Shown: positions 26,405 to 35,200, counted from the first letter of the stretch. The stretch: 64,000 bases of DNA from an uncultured Bacillales bacterium (GCA_946409515.1 CAMJWS010000003.1:60012-124011); one strand, 5' to 3'. Notes: generated by a model from the sequence alone, not told the origin. Numbers and translations are program-made.

Positions 26405-28354
26405 ATGACATTATTATCATCAATCGGCGCTCTACCAAGTAATTTACATGTTAACTATTATTTCGAAGTTTGTTCGTTAGTGTTCCTTGTGGCAATTACG
26501 ATTGCCTACTATGGTAGAAAGAAGTTCCCTGTATCTACTTATCGCCTCTTTGGTGTCGCTCTTATCACTCTTGTTGTTAATCTTTCATTAAGTATCTTAT
26601 TCTGTGTTTTATTGGATAATTCCAATGTTGTGCCAATTGCATGGGTCGAAGCTGTTGCAGAATTATATTTCTTTATGCAGCTTGTGGAGTCTTATCTCAT
26701 TTTTGCGTATGTATTTTATTCCATTGGTAAATCTTTAAGATATTCCCCTATTTATCTTTTGACTACTCTTCCATCAGCCTTAGGGGCAATTTTCATGTTT
26801 ACCAACTGTCTTCACCATTTAAACTTTACTTTTGTATTGAACTCAGAAACCGGTGTCTATGATTTCATTCCAGGACCTGGTTTTTTCATTCTGTTATATA
26901 TCGTTAACTGGGGTCTTAATACAGCAGCCACTCTCGTTTACACCATTGTGTTTAGAAAATCTTTGCCTAAACAAATTCTATTCACTTTGTTATGCATTAT
27001 GGGTATTGTTGCTGTCGCAGCGGTCATTCAAACATTAAATCCACAAGTTATCCTTTCTGGCGTTTCATTCACTCTTTCTGTCATGCTCGCAGTTGTTTCT
27101 GTTTGTGATCCTGACGTTAAAGTTGACCGTTTCTCCAAAGCCTTTAACAACGAAGCATTCATTGAATACATCAATGTGCAGAGATTTGAAAAGCAAAGAA
27201 AATACTACATTATCTTTGATATTGAGAGCTTTGGCATGTTCTCTGAAAAGTTCGGTGTTGTTGCTTCTAACGAACTCGTTTCTATCATTAGAAAGTTTAT
27301 TGAGACCGTCAATAAGAAATCATTTATCTTTAGAACCACTTCTTCACGTTTCGTTTTGCTTTTAAGAAACGAAAAAGAGCAAAAAGAAATGGTTACAGCG
27401 ATTAAAGAAAGATTTGAGCAACCAGTCCGTGTTAAAGGTAACGAAGTTGTTCTCACCATTCATCTTTTCTATTTTGTTAATAACAAAGTCTTCTATAACT
27501 CTGATTTATACAACAACTTTATCGCTAGAACACTCTCCACGATTAACTTTAGAGATTCTAACTTTGTGGAATTAGGCCAAGAATTCATGGACCGTGTTAA
27601 TAGAGATAGAAAGATTAGAGATATCTTAGAAAACTGTTTAAAAACAAATACTGGTTTATACATGGTTTATCAGCCAATTTATGATATGAATCAAAAGTGT
27701 TTTAATCATTGCGAAGCATTGATTAGACTTGATAACAATGAATTAGGCTATGTTGGTCCAGGCGAATTTATTCCAATCGCTGAAAGCTTTGGTTTGGCTA
27801 ACCAAATAGACTTCTTTGTTTTGAATGAAACATGTGCGTTTTTACAAAGACATCCAGAAATCGAAAGCTTAGAAGTTAATATCTCTTGCGCGGAATTCTT
27901 TAATAATCCTAGTGAAAGATTCCTTAAGACAATTGATAACTACGGCATTGATCCAAATAGACTGTGTCTAGAAATCACTGAAACAATCGCTGTGAAATAT
28001 CCAACAAAGACCAGAGAATTTATGAATGACTTAGGCCAACATGGTATTAAGTTTGCAATGGATGATTTTGGCAGTGGCTACTCCAATATGGCAAGATTCA
28101 TCACACTACCATTTACCGTCGCCAAATTAGATAAATCCTTATTAGGAGAAGCCGTAAACGTAAAAGTCTTCTTTGACGCTGCGGTCAACTTGTTCAGAAG
28201 TTTGGAAATCCCAATTGTCATCGAAGGTGTAGAAACTGAAGAACAATTAGCGATGTCTAAAAACAAAAAGATCGATTTTGTTCAAGGCTACTACTTCACA
28301 AAGCCTTTAAAAGAAGAAGATTTATTTAAATTCTTAAAAGATAACAAGAAATAA
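26405..28354 (+). CDS. Membrane-anchored c-di-GMP phosphodiesterase: N-terminal 6-7 TM sensor-like domain, then a degenerate (non-catalytic) GGDEF domain, then an EAL domain with intact catalytic motifs.
   Basis: The GGDEF-like region keeps the fold signature (DVKVDRFSKAFN..FDIESFGMF..) but has TSSRF in place of GG(D/E)EF. The EAL domain carries YQPIYD, EALIRL, EITET, DDFGSGYS, KLDKSLL, EGVETEEQ and QGYYF. Confidence 0.75.
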   Translation: MTLLSSIGALPSNLHVNYYFEVCSLVFLVAITIAYYGRKKFPVSTYRLFGVALITLVVNLSLSILFCVLLDNSNVVPIAWVEAVAELYFFMQLVESYLIFAYVFYSIGKSLRYSPIYLLTTLPSALGAIFMFTNCLHHLNFTFVLNSETGVYDFIPGPGFFILLYIVNWGLNTAATLVYTIVFRKSLPKQILFTLLCIMGIVAVAAVIQTLNPQVILSGVSFTLSVMLAVVSVCDPDVKVDRFSKAFNNEAFIEYINVQRFEKQRKYYIIFDIESFGMFSEKFGVVASNELVSIIRKFIETVNKKSFIFRTTSSRFVLLLRNEKEQKEMVTAIKERFEQPVRVKGNEVVLTIHLFYFVNNKVFYNSDLYNNFIARTLSTINFRDSNFVELGQEFMDRVNRDRKIRDILENCLKTNTGLYMVYQPIYDMNQKCFNHCEALIRLDNNELGYVGPGEFIPIAESFGLANQIDFFVLNETCAFLQRHPEIESLEVNISCAEFFNNPSERFLKTIDNYGIDPNRLCLEITETIAVKYPTKTREFMNDLGQHGIKFAMDDFGSGYSNMARFITLPFTVAKLDKSLLGEAVNVKVFFDAAVNLFRSLEIPIVIEGVETEEQLAMSKNKKIDFVQGYYFTKPLKEEDLFKFLKDNKK

Positions 28355-28749
28355 AATTTAACCTAATTTTGCATTATTCTCTTGCAATAACTTTTTGATG
28401 CGTATATTATTAAATCTTGGGTTTAGCGCGTTTAAACAAATATTTTGATAAATATTGAAATGAGAGTGTGACAACTATTTGTTTACACTTTTTTATTGTT
28501 TGTAACATATTGATTAATTGTCCATTGCTTAAGAAACGTCTATCACTTTGATAGTAAAATTAAGCCATATATTTATTAATAAATAGGAGAAAAATGTTCT
28601 CATAATTGTCATTTTTAAAATCTCGAAATTGTCATAAAAATCTCTGTTTTTTATCGCATAAATCGAGAAATATTTTTTATTGTCATGAATTGCTCGTTGA
28701 AATAAGATTGTAGGCAAAATTATATCTTAAAAAGGAGAAAAGACAGTTT

Positions 28750-30357
28750 ATGAAAAAAACTTCAAAAATGTTTCTAGGTTTGGCATTAGCTGGCATGCTC
28801 TTAACGGGCTGCAACTTCCAAGGTCCAAACTCTGCAACCAACAGTCAAGCAGGCGCTTATGACAAGCAACAAATTTTCCAAATGTACAAAGCTGCCGGTG
28901 GCGAATTATCTTATGACGAATGGCTAGAATCCGTTAAAGGCGCCGACGGTGCGTCACTCTTAGCGGGTGCAAACAACCCTTCCGACACCGATGGCAAGAA
29001 CGGTGATGTTTTTGTTAACTATGGAACATGGGATATCTTTGTTAAAGTTGGTGGCGCTTGGCAATCAGTCGGCAATATTAAAGGCCCTGCTGGTGAAAAG
29101 GGTCAAGATGGTGCTGATGGTAAAGATGGCAAGGATGGTAAAGATGGTACTGATGGCAAGGATGGTAAAGATGGTACTGATGGCAAGGACGGTAAAGACG
29201 GTAAAGATGGCAAGGATGGTACTTCCTTCTTAACAGGCAATGGCGCACCTGCTGCTGATTTTGGCAAAAACGGCGACACATATCTTGATTTAGATTCATT
29301 TGATCTTTATACAAAAGCAAATGGTGAGTGGACATTAGCCGCAAATCTTGGCGGTGGTAACACCCAAGAAAAAGGTGATCCAACATTCTTCTTAGAAAAT
29401 GGCTTCACAGAAATTAAAGGTTGGCCAACTGCTCATGTTGATGCTGTTATGGGTGAAGGCGTTATTCCTGGTTTTAATATGGACGGCACATTCTATGAAA
29501 AATACGGTGTTAGTTCTGATAGCATGGGCGAATATGATTATGAACTTTTAGCCACTTATGGCGATTATACCGAAGTATTAGCTTCACAACTTGAAGCCGC
29601 TAATTTCGAATACGATTATGACAACGAACGCTACTATGACGAAAATGAAGATAGATTAGTCTATGTCGTAATAAAAGACGGCTTTACTTATGCAAGATTC
29701 TTCGGCCCTTATAGAAAGCCAGCAGATGCGGGTGATATTGCAGACGTTGATCAAGCTATCATCGATTTATTTGACACAATCGACGTTGAAGTTCAAGTTG
29801 CTGAATATCCAGCAGAGAGTGCAAACGCTTACTTCATCGATGATGAAACCGATTTCTACATTTATGGTTCAGATTATTTTGAAATGTGCGCATTCGTTGA
29901 TGCAATGACCGGTCTTGATTGGGAAGCTGAAGAAGATGAATATGGTGACTTCGATTTGTATCTCGATAACGGTGCTAGTTTATATGTCGGTGACTATACA
30001 AACTATTATGGTTATATTGTTATAAGAGCCAATTATTCACAACCATTTGAAGATACATGGCCAGCAGAAGCTATTGCTAAATTTATGGCTGCTAATGATT
30101 TCACCGATGAACTACCAGTCTATGCCGAAGAAGGCGCTGAATTCTCAGCAGAAGAAGATGAAGATGGATTGTATATCCTTGTTGACAGTACTGATCCAGA
30201 CGAGGCCGTTGAAACATATTGCGACGCCTTAGATGATGCTGAATTTGAGTATGGCGAAGATAGTTATGGTTATCCAGTTTACACTTCACCAAACAACCAA
30301 TACGTTGTTGAACCATATGTTTCTATGGGCGGATACTTCGTTATCTTTGTTCACTAG
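28750..30357 (+). CDS. Lipoprotein with a collagen-like Gly-X-Y repeat region (GKDGKDGTD)n and a highly acidic Asp/Glu/Tyr-rich C-terminal domain.
   Basis: Lipobox LAGMLLTGC, with RBS AAAGGAG. It has ~16 uninterrupted G-X-Y triplets (GPAGEKGQDGADGKDGKDG...). It is a paralog of the 33402..34937 product. Confidence 0.6.
   Translation: MKKTSKMFLGLALAGMLLTGCNFQGPNSATNSQAGAYDKQQIFQMYKAAGGELSYDEWLESVKGADGASLLAGANNPSDTDGKNGDVFVNYGTWDIFVKVGGAWQSVGNIKGPAGEKGQDGADGKDGKDGKDGTDGKDGKDGTDGKDGKDGKDGKDGTSFLTGNGAPAADFGKNGDTYLDLDSFDLYTKANGEWTLAANLGGGNTQEKGDPTFFLENGFTEIKGWPTAHVDAVMGEGVIPGFNMDGTFYEKYGVSSDSMGEYDYELLATYGDYTEVLASQLEAANFEYDYDNERYYDENEDRLVYVVIKDGFTYARFFGPYRKPADAGDIADVDQAIIDLFDTIDVEVQVAEYPAESANAYFIDDETDFYIYGSDYFEMCAFVDAMTGLDWEAEEDEYGDFDLYLDNGASLYVGDYTNYYGYIVIRANYSQPFEDTWPAEAIAKFMAANDFTDELPVYAEEGAEFSAEEDEDGLYILVDSTDPDEAVETYCDALDDAEFEYGEDSYGYPVYTSPNNQYVVEPYVSMGGYFVIFVH
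29084..29223 (+). repeat. Tandem 9/18-bp coding repeats (GGTAAAGAT GGCAAGGAT ...) that encode the collagen-like tract.
   Basis: Perfect and near-perfect 9-bp units were read directly from the sequence, in frame with the protein. Confidence 0.7.
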
Positions 30358-30378
30358 GATAAATATTCTTTAAAAATA

Positions 30379-30410
30379 GGGTCAGAAGAAATTCTGATCC
30401 TTTTTTCTTT
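30379..30410 (+). terminator. Rho-independent terminator after the collagen-like lipoprotein gene.
   Basis: GGGTCAGAA / TTCTGATCC is a 9-bp stem (one G:U pair) with a GAAA loop, followed by TTTTTTCTTTCTTTTT. Confidence 0.6.
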
Positions 30411-30530
30411 CTTTTTAGCAAAACCACTACCGCTTTAACGTCTTATTAATGGAAGTGGTTATCGCGGTAAATAACCACCTAAATAAAAACCTCCTAGTCC
30501 TGTCCACTGGGAGGTTTCCTTTAAAATCAG

Positions 30531-31193
30531 TTATCGTAAACCTTTAAATCTCTTTTTAGTGGCCTCATCTATTCTGAAAGAGTCCACCATTTTGGAAACG
30601 ACCTTTCTTTTTAAAGCTAGATCTTCACATTTAAGTAGATATTCATATATTTCATTTGGATAATGGATAGCCGCTGTCGCTAGTAGCCAAGCTTCCGCCA
30701 TCATCACCATGTATTCATCGTCTTTTTTGATGTATTTAGTGACATCTAATATCTTCTTATCTTTAGTGAGCTTTAATCCCACGACATAGGCCATACGTCT
30801 ATCGAAAATATAAGGCGATTTAACAAGTGAAAGGAAGAATGGCCAATATTTGTCAAACGTCAGTTTCTTTAAAAACGTCGAAGCGGTATCTGTGATTGCC
30901 CATGATTTAGCCTTTTTGATATTTTGTTTTAAGAAATCCAATTGTTCATCTATATTTTTGATTCTAGAAAGACCTAAACCGAAATAAATGAAATCAATTT
31001 CTAGATATTTGCCCGTTTTAAAGTCATCTAAGGCTAGTTCTTCATCTTTAACGTGTTCTTTTACGATTTGGCGTAAAACGGGGTTCTTAACGCCAAAAAC
31101 AAGGTATTCACTGTTGGATACGGTTTTAGAGAACTCCGCGAACTTCTTATTTCCGTTTTCTTGTAGATATTTGTCTAACTCTTTATATGTCAT
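30531..31193 (-). CDS. DNA alkylation repair enzyme (AlkD/AlkC-like HEAT-repeat DNA glycosylase family).
   Basis: All-helical, ~220 aa. The N-terminal region (KKFAEFSKTVSNSEYLVFGVKNPVLRQIVKEH) and the C-terminal region (WAITDTAS..) resemble the DNA_alkylation family. The assignment is by motif similarity only. Confidence 0.5.
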   Translation of the reverse strand: MTYKELDKYLQENGNKKFAEFSKTVSNSEYLVFGVKNPVLRQIVKEHVKDEELALDDFKTGKYLEIDFIYFGLGLSRIKNIDEQLDFLKQNIKKAKSWAITDTASTFLKKLTFDKYWPFFLSLVKSPYIFDRRMAYVVGLKLTKDKKILDVTKYIKKDDEYMVMMAEAWLLATAAIHYPNEIYEYLLKCEDLALKRKVVSKMVDSFRIDEATKKRFKGLR

Positions 31194-31213
31194 AACCAGG
31201 ATTCATTATACAC

Positions 31214-31250
31214 CAAAAAAGATACCCCCACTCAATTGTGAGGGTATCCC
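31214..31250 (-). terminator. Terminator after the flotillin gene.
   Basis: On the minus strand, GGGATACCC ... GGGTATC forms a stem followed by TTTTTT. A TATAAT -10 for the alkylation-repair gene lies just downstream (plus strand 31204..31209). Confidence 0.4.
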
Positions 31251-31261
31251 GGAGAAATTTA

Positions 31262-32740
31262 TTACTTGTCTTCTTTTGAATTCTTGATATCTTTCAAGAC
31301 CTTTGGGCCTAAGTAGCCAAGAAGGACTGATTTCAAATCAATGCCAAGTGTCTTATTGATACCAGCGAAGATTTGATCGCCGTGTTGTTGAATTTCTTCC
31401 ACTAATTTGGCTTCGTTGCCAGAACCGTACATTGTGATGCCATCGATTTGGCCTAAGGCAGCAGCGATTGGTTCGCTGTATGCTCTGACTGTTTCTGGTA
31501 AGACACCACTATCTAAGACCAACTTTAAGGTAGCGGCATCGTTGAAGGCTTTCATAGCTTCAGCTTTTTCTCTTGTGGCTTTAGCTTCCGCATTACCTTT
31601 GGCTTCAATACCCGCAGCTTCTGCGAAGGCAGCTTGTTTGTTGGCTTCAGCTTCTAATTTGACAGCTTCAGCAGCCTTTTCTCTAGCAATTCTTTGAGCT
31701 TCGGCTTCCACTTTGACCTTTTCGGCTTTTCTTTGAGCTTCAAGAAGTTCAGCTTCCGCAGCTTTTTGTCTCTTATAGAGTTCTGCTTCAGCAAGTCTTT
31801 CAGCGGCGTATTTTTCCGCTTCAGCTTTCTTGTTGATTTCCGCGGTTAATTTCTTTTCGGTTAATTCGACTTCTTTATTACCAAGTTCGACTTCTCTTTC
31901 TCTCTTGGAAATTTCAGCATTAACTGTCGCGGTGTTGATTTCTTCTTGTCTCTTTTGTTCTTGAATCTTATAAGCGGCATCCGCATTCGCTCTTGCGGTA
32001 TCTGTTTTGATCTTTAATTCCGCTTCTTTTAAAGAGTATTCTGTATTCTTTTGGACGATAACGGTTTTGGAATTGACTTCTGCTTCATTGGCTTCTTGAG
32101 CCGCTTTAGCTCTGGCGATGCTAACATCTCTATCAGCGTTTGCTTTAGCAATAGCAGCTTCTTTGCTGATTTGGGAGATGTTATCAATACCCAAGTTTTC
32201 AATCACATGGTTGCCATCTGAGAAGTTTTGAATATTGAAGTTGACTAATTCCAAGCCTAATTTGCTCATGTCTGGAATAACGTTTTCCTTAACAGCTTCC
32301 GCAACACCTTTTCTATCTTGGACTAATTGACGAATGCCAACTGTACCAATGATTTCACGCATATTGCCTTCAAGAACTTGTTTGACTTGTTCAATTAAGT
32401 CATCTTGGTTCATGCCTAATGTTGCTTCGAACGCTCTTTCAAGTAATTCTGGATCACTGGAGATCTTTAAGTTAGCGACACCATCAACGTTGATGTTAAT
32501 GAATTCGTTTGTTGGAATTGATTCACGCGTTTTGATGTCAACTTGGAAGACCTTGAGTGATAATCTGTCTTTTCTTTGTAAGAAAGGAATTTTCCAGCCA
32601 GCTTTTCCTCTTAAAATTTTTCTTTTTCCTAAACCAGAGATCATAATTGCTTCATCTGGTCCTGCTTTGGTGTAAGAGCAGAGGATGAATACTACAATGA
32701 GTAATACAAATAACACACCTAATAGAATAAAAATCCACAT
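31262..32740 (-). CDS. floT: Flotillin-like SPFH/band-7 protein (FloT type), with an N-terminal TM helix and a long EA-rich coiled-coil 'flotillin' domain.
   Basis: SPFH domain after a single TM. The extended (A/E/K)-repeat coiled coil (AEAELLEAQRKAEKVKVEAEAQ...) and a length of ~490 aa are like B. subtilis YuaG/FloT. Confidence 0.8.
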   Translation of the reverse strand: MWIFILLGVLFVLLIVVFILCSYTKAGPDEAIMISGLGKRKILRGKAGWKIPFLQRKDRLSLKVFQVDIKTRESIPTNEFININVDGVANLKISSDPELLERAFEATLGMNQDDLIEQVKQVLEGNMREIIGTVGIRQLVQDRKGVAEAVKENVIPDMSKLGLELVNFNIQNFSDGNHVIENLGIDNISQISKEAAIAKANADRDVSIARAKAAQEANEAEVNSKTVIVQKNTEYSLKEAELKIKTDTARANADAAYKIQEQKRQEEINTATVNAEISKREREVELGNKEVELTEKKLTAEINKKAEAEKYAAERLAEAELYKRQKAAEAELLEAQRKAEKVKVEAEAQRIAREKAAEAVKLEAEANKQAAFAEAAGIEAKGNAEAKATREKAEAMKAFNDAATLKLVLDSGVLPETVRAYSEPIAAALGQIDGITMYGSGNEAKLVEEIQQHGDQIFAGINKTLGIDLKSVLLGYLGPKVLKDIKNSKEDK

Positions 32741-32753
32741 ATCCGTTTCCTCC

Positions 32754-33119
32754 TTATATTCCGGTATGGATCGTGAGCATGTTTTCTTTTACATCCCACG
32801 TTGTACCATATTTGATTGGCTTTTCATCAAATACGATACCTAGTGCTTTGGCTACCTTCCTCATTAAGTCTGTGGAAGATATCCTTGCATAAGTCTTTTT
32901 GATGGAGATCTGATAAATTGCATAGCCGTTTATATCTCCATCACGCATTTGCTCTTTACTTAACGGCTGAATAACGACATTTTTGTTTTCATCGAGCCCC
33001 ACTTGTATTCGATACGCACTCTCAAGTGGCACTGAAGCAATGGTATTTAATGTGATATTCGTGCTGTAGAAAGAAGCAGCGCCATTTTTTGCATCTGAAC
33101 TAAACCATTCTATTGCCAT
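32754..33119 (-). CDS. Soluble 121-aa protein of unknown function, co-transcribed upstream of the flotillin gene (13-nt gap).
   Basis: The ORF has a strong RBS GGAGG. It has no TM segment and no recognised motif. It occupies the position usually taken by an NfeD-type membrane protein. Confidence 0.45.
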   Translation of the reverse strand: MAIEWFSSDAKNGAASFYSTNITLNTIASVPLESAYRIQVGLDENKNVVIQPLSKEQMRDGDINGYAIYQISIKKTYARISSTDLMRKVAKALGIVFDEKPIKYGTTWDVKENMLTIHTGI

Positions 33120-33141
33120 TTATTTACCTCCTAACACTAAT

Positions 33142-33170
33142 ATAATACAAATAAATAATTTGATATTCAA
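33142..33170 (-). promoter_or_regulatory. Candidate promoter of the 121-aa protein - flotillin operon (-35 TTGAAT, 17-nt spacer, -10 TATTAT).
   Basis: Read on the minus strand ~25 nt upstream of the RBS. Confidence 0.3.
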
Positions 33171-33332
33171 GGAAATTCATAAAAATACATAAGAATTCAA
33201 ACAACGCAAAAAGTTAACAATATTACTTAATATATTTAATAAATAATAAGGATATATAAAGACCGCAAAGTTGGCATATTCTTGTAGACAAAGTTGTCTA
33301 TAATTGAATTTTTATGTATCGGTTTTAAAACC

Positions 33333-33365
33333 AACAAAAAAGGCCACGCCATTGAGCGTGACCTT
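33333..33365 (-). terminator. Rho-independent terminator after the second collagen-like lipoprotein gene.
   Basis: On the minus strand, AGGTCACGC / GCGTGGCCT is a 9-bp stem (one mismatch) followed by TTTTTTGTTGGTTTT. Confidence 0.5.
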
Positions 33366-33401
33366 AATAATAAATCTAGTTTAATTGTAATGTTAATTCA
33401 A

Positions 33402-34937
33402 TCATTGCCAAATTACGATTTGAGAAACGTCGTAAGAAGCGTTATATTTAACGTCAATTTCTTGGTAGGTACTATAGTTGAAGAAACAATCATAGTCTTC
33501 TTCCCATACGAATCCATTTTCTTCTAAAACTGGTGTAAGAATAGTTACCCATTGTTCTACATAATCTCCACCTGCTAGAGAGATGAGCATATAATAATCG
33601 CCACTGGAAGATCTTCTAACACTAGATTCCCATGCATTGGTGCCAAAGGCATCACGAATTGTTTCATCGAATCCAAATGTATAGCCAACTGCTGTCATGA
33701 ATTCATTGATTTTGCCAATCGGGAAGAATCCTTTGAGAACCTTAATGTTAACAACAATAATACCGGATTCACCAACATCGGCGCCTACCCATGAATAAAT
33801 TTCTAGTTGTTCGTTTTCAGAAACATAGTGCATATCACCATATCCATCAGCACCCGCTTCAGAATAACCGGCTGCCTTCAAACCTTCTCCATAAGCAGCG
33901 ACGGCATCAGCTTCACTTAAACCTTCATCTAGGTAAACGATTAATTGGTTTGACATAGTATTGAATGAGTAGTCATAAGCTCCGGAAGCAAGACCTGGAA
34001 CCGCATCAGTAGCACCGACTTCACTTAAAACGGCACCGACTTCATCAGAAATATCAACAACTTCATATTCAAGAGTTCCTGAAGCAGGACCAAATGTAAT
34101 TGTGGCTTCTCTAGTACCAGGAGTCTCAGTATTAAAGCCTGTAACTGTGTACTCACCATCCTCGACATACATTTCGCTACCGTCAGCATATTGAGCGTAA
34201 ACCACAACATCTAATGGTGCACTAGCGCCAACATAATATGGTAAGTCAATAGCTTGGCCTGCCTCATAGTCGATTTCGAATCTGTAGTGCATAATATCCA
34301 AGGAAACTGCTGGGTTTGGAACTTTGAATTCATATTCTGAATCATCAGTGAGATAGATTGTATAGATGTCAGAATAACCATCGTTATCTGTTTTCTTAAT
34401 TTCTTTGATGCCTACGCCGTCTTTACCAGGTTCACCATCTTTACCGTCTTTACCGTCTTGGCCATCTTTACCAGGTTCACCATCTTTACCGTCTTTACCG
34501 TCTTGGCCATCTTTACCATCTTGGCCATCTTTACCGTCTTTACCAGGTTCGCCTTGTGGGCCTTGTGGGCCTTGTGGGCCTTGTTCGCCTTGGGCACCTT
34601 TAATATTGCCCGCTTTGCTCCAAGAGCCACCAACTTTTAAGAACACGTCCCATGTTTCAATGTTGACGAAAACATCGCCGTTTTTGCCATCGGCATCGGT
34701 TGGGTCTTTTCTATCTGCTAAGAGTGACGCACCATCGGCGCCTTTAACAGAAGCTAACCATTCGTCATAGGTCATTGTGCCACCGGCAGCTGCATACAAT
34801 TGATATAATTGTTGCTTTTCATAAGTGCCAGCTTGGCTGTTGATCGCAGCATTAGGACCTTGGAAGTTACAACCTGCAAGTAACATACCAGAAAGACTTA
34901 AAGCTGTAATCATTAAAGATAAACTTTTTCTTTTCAT
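33402..34937 (-). CDS. Collagen-like repeat lipoprotein, a paralog of 28750..30357. The start is at ATG 34937; the track's 35075 start is an upstream extension.
   Basis: Lipobox SLSGMLLAGC directly followed by CNFQGPNAAINSQAG..YDEWLASVKGADGASLLA.., which is clearly homologous to the other gene. About 21 G-X-Y triplets follow (GAQGEQGPQGPQGPQGEPGKDGKDGQDG...). Confidence 0.6.
   Translation of the reverse strand: MKRKSLSLMITALSLSGMLLAGCNFQGPNAAINSQAGTYEKQQLYQLYAAAGGTMTYDEWLASVKGADGASLLADRKDPTDADGKNGDVFVNIETWDVFLKVGGSWSKAGNIKGAQGEQGPQGPQGPQGEPGKDGKDGQDGKDGQDGKDGKDGEPGKDGQDGKDGKDGEPGKDGVGIKEIKKTDNDGYSDIYTIYLTDDSEYEFKVPNPAVSLDIMHYRFEIDYEAGQAIDLPYYVGASAPLDVVVYAQYADGSEMYVEDGEYTVTGFNTETPGTREATITFGPASGTLEYEVVDISDEVGAVLSEVGATDAVPGLASGAYDYSFNTMSNQLIVYLDEGLSEADAVAAYGEGLKAAGYSEAGADGYGDMHYVSENEQLEIYSWVGADVGESGIIVVNIKVLKGFFPIGKINEFMTAVGYTFGFDETIRDAFGTNAWESSVRRSSSGDYYMLISLAGGDYVEQWVTILTPVLEENGFVWEEDYDCFFNYSTYQEIDVKYNASYDVSQIVIWQ
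34416..34600 (-). repeat. Tandem short-period coding repeats that encode the G-X-Y tract of the second collagen-like lipoprotein.
   Basis: The units ggtaaagatgg and ggccaagacgg repeat, and ccttgtgggccttgtgggccttgt (GPQ)3 follows. Confidence 0.7.
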
Positions 34938-35130
34938 GTTTCTTTCCTTTCGTTTGCTTAACACAATACCATTGATATAAACAGGGCTTATTGCGTAAGC
35001 GTCTTTATTTTTATGGGAATAATTATACGACATTTTCAAAAATTGCAATATCTTTCTGTGCTCTTCCACGCGCACACGCGTTGGCTATTTCGAAACAATG
35101 CAAAAACGCGATTTTGTAATGCAAAATAAA

Positions 35131-35154
35131 CAAAAAACCATCCTTTCGGACAGT
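35131..35154 (-). terminator. Possible terminator hairpin downstream of tRNA-Ala.
   Basis: On the minus strand, CTGTCC GAAA GGATGG forms a 6-bp stem (two G:U pairs) with a GAAA tetraloop, followed by TTTTTTG. Confidence 0.3.
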
Positions 35155-35200
35155 ATCTATATTGGATAAATCGTTTAAATAACGACAATCACTTTCTTTT

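Noticed and set aside
29084-29223. A possible CRISPR array at the short-period direct repeats (also at 34416..34600).
   Set aside because: The units are 9 bp, contiguous with no spacers, and lie in frame inside ORFs encoding G-X-Y repeats. These are not CRISPR repeats.
30411-30530. Additional hairpins in the convergent intergenic region: AACCTCC...GGAGGTT at ~30491..30520, and GTGGTTAT...ATAACCAC at ~30446..30470.
   Set aside because: They are plausibly a second terminator for the minus-strand alkylation-repair gene, but the loops are long (8-15 nt) and the U-tracts weak. They are noted only as low-confidence structure.
34405-34770. ORFs 34405..34770 (+; SLPSLP... repeat protein), 34412..34633 (-; KAHKAHKA...), 28967..29233 (+) and 29078..29386 (-), which could be mistaken for repeat proteins.
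   Set aside because: They are alternative-frame or antisense readings of the 9-bp collagen-like tandem repeats inside the two lipoprotein genes. They have no RBS and are entirely nested.
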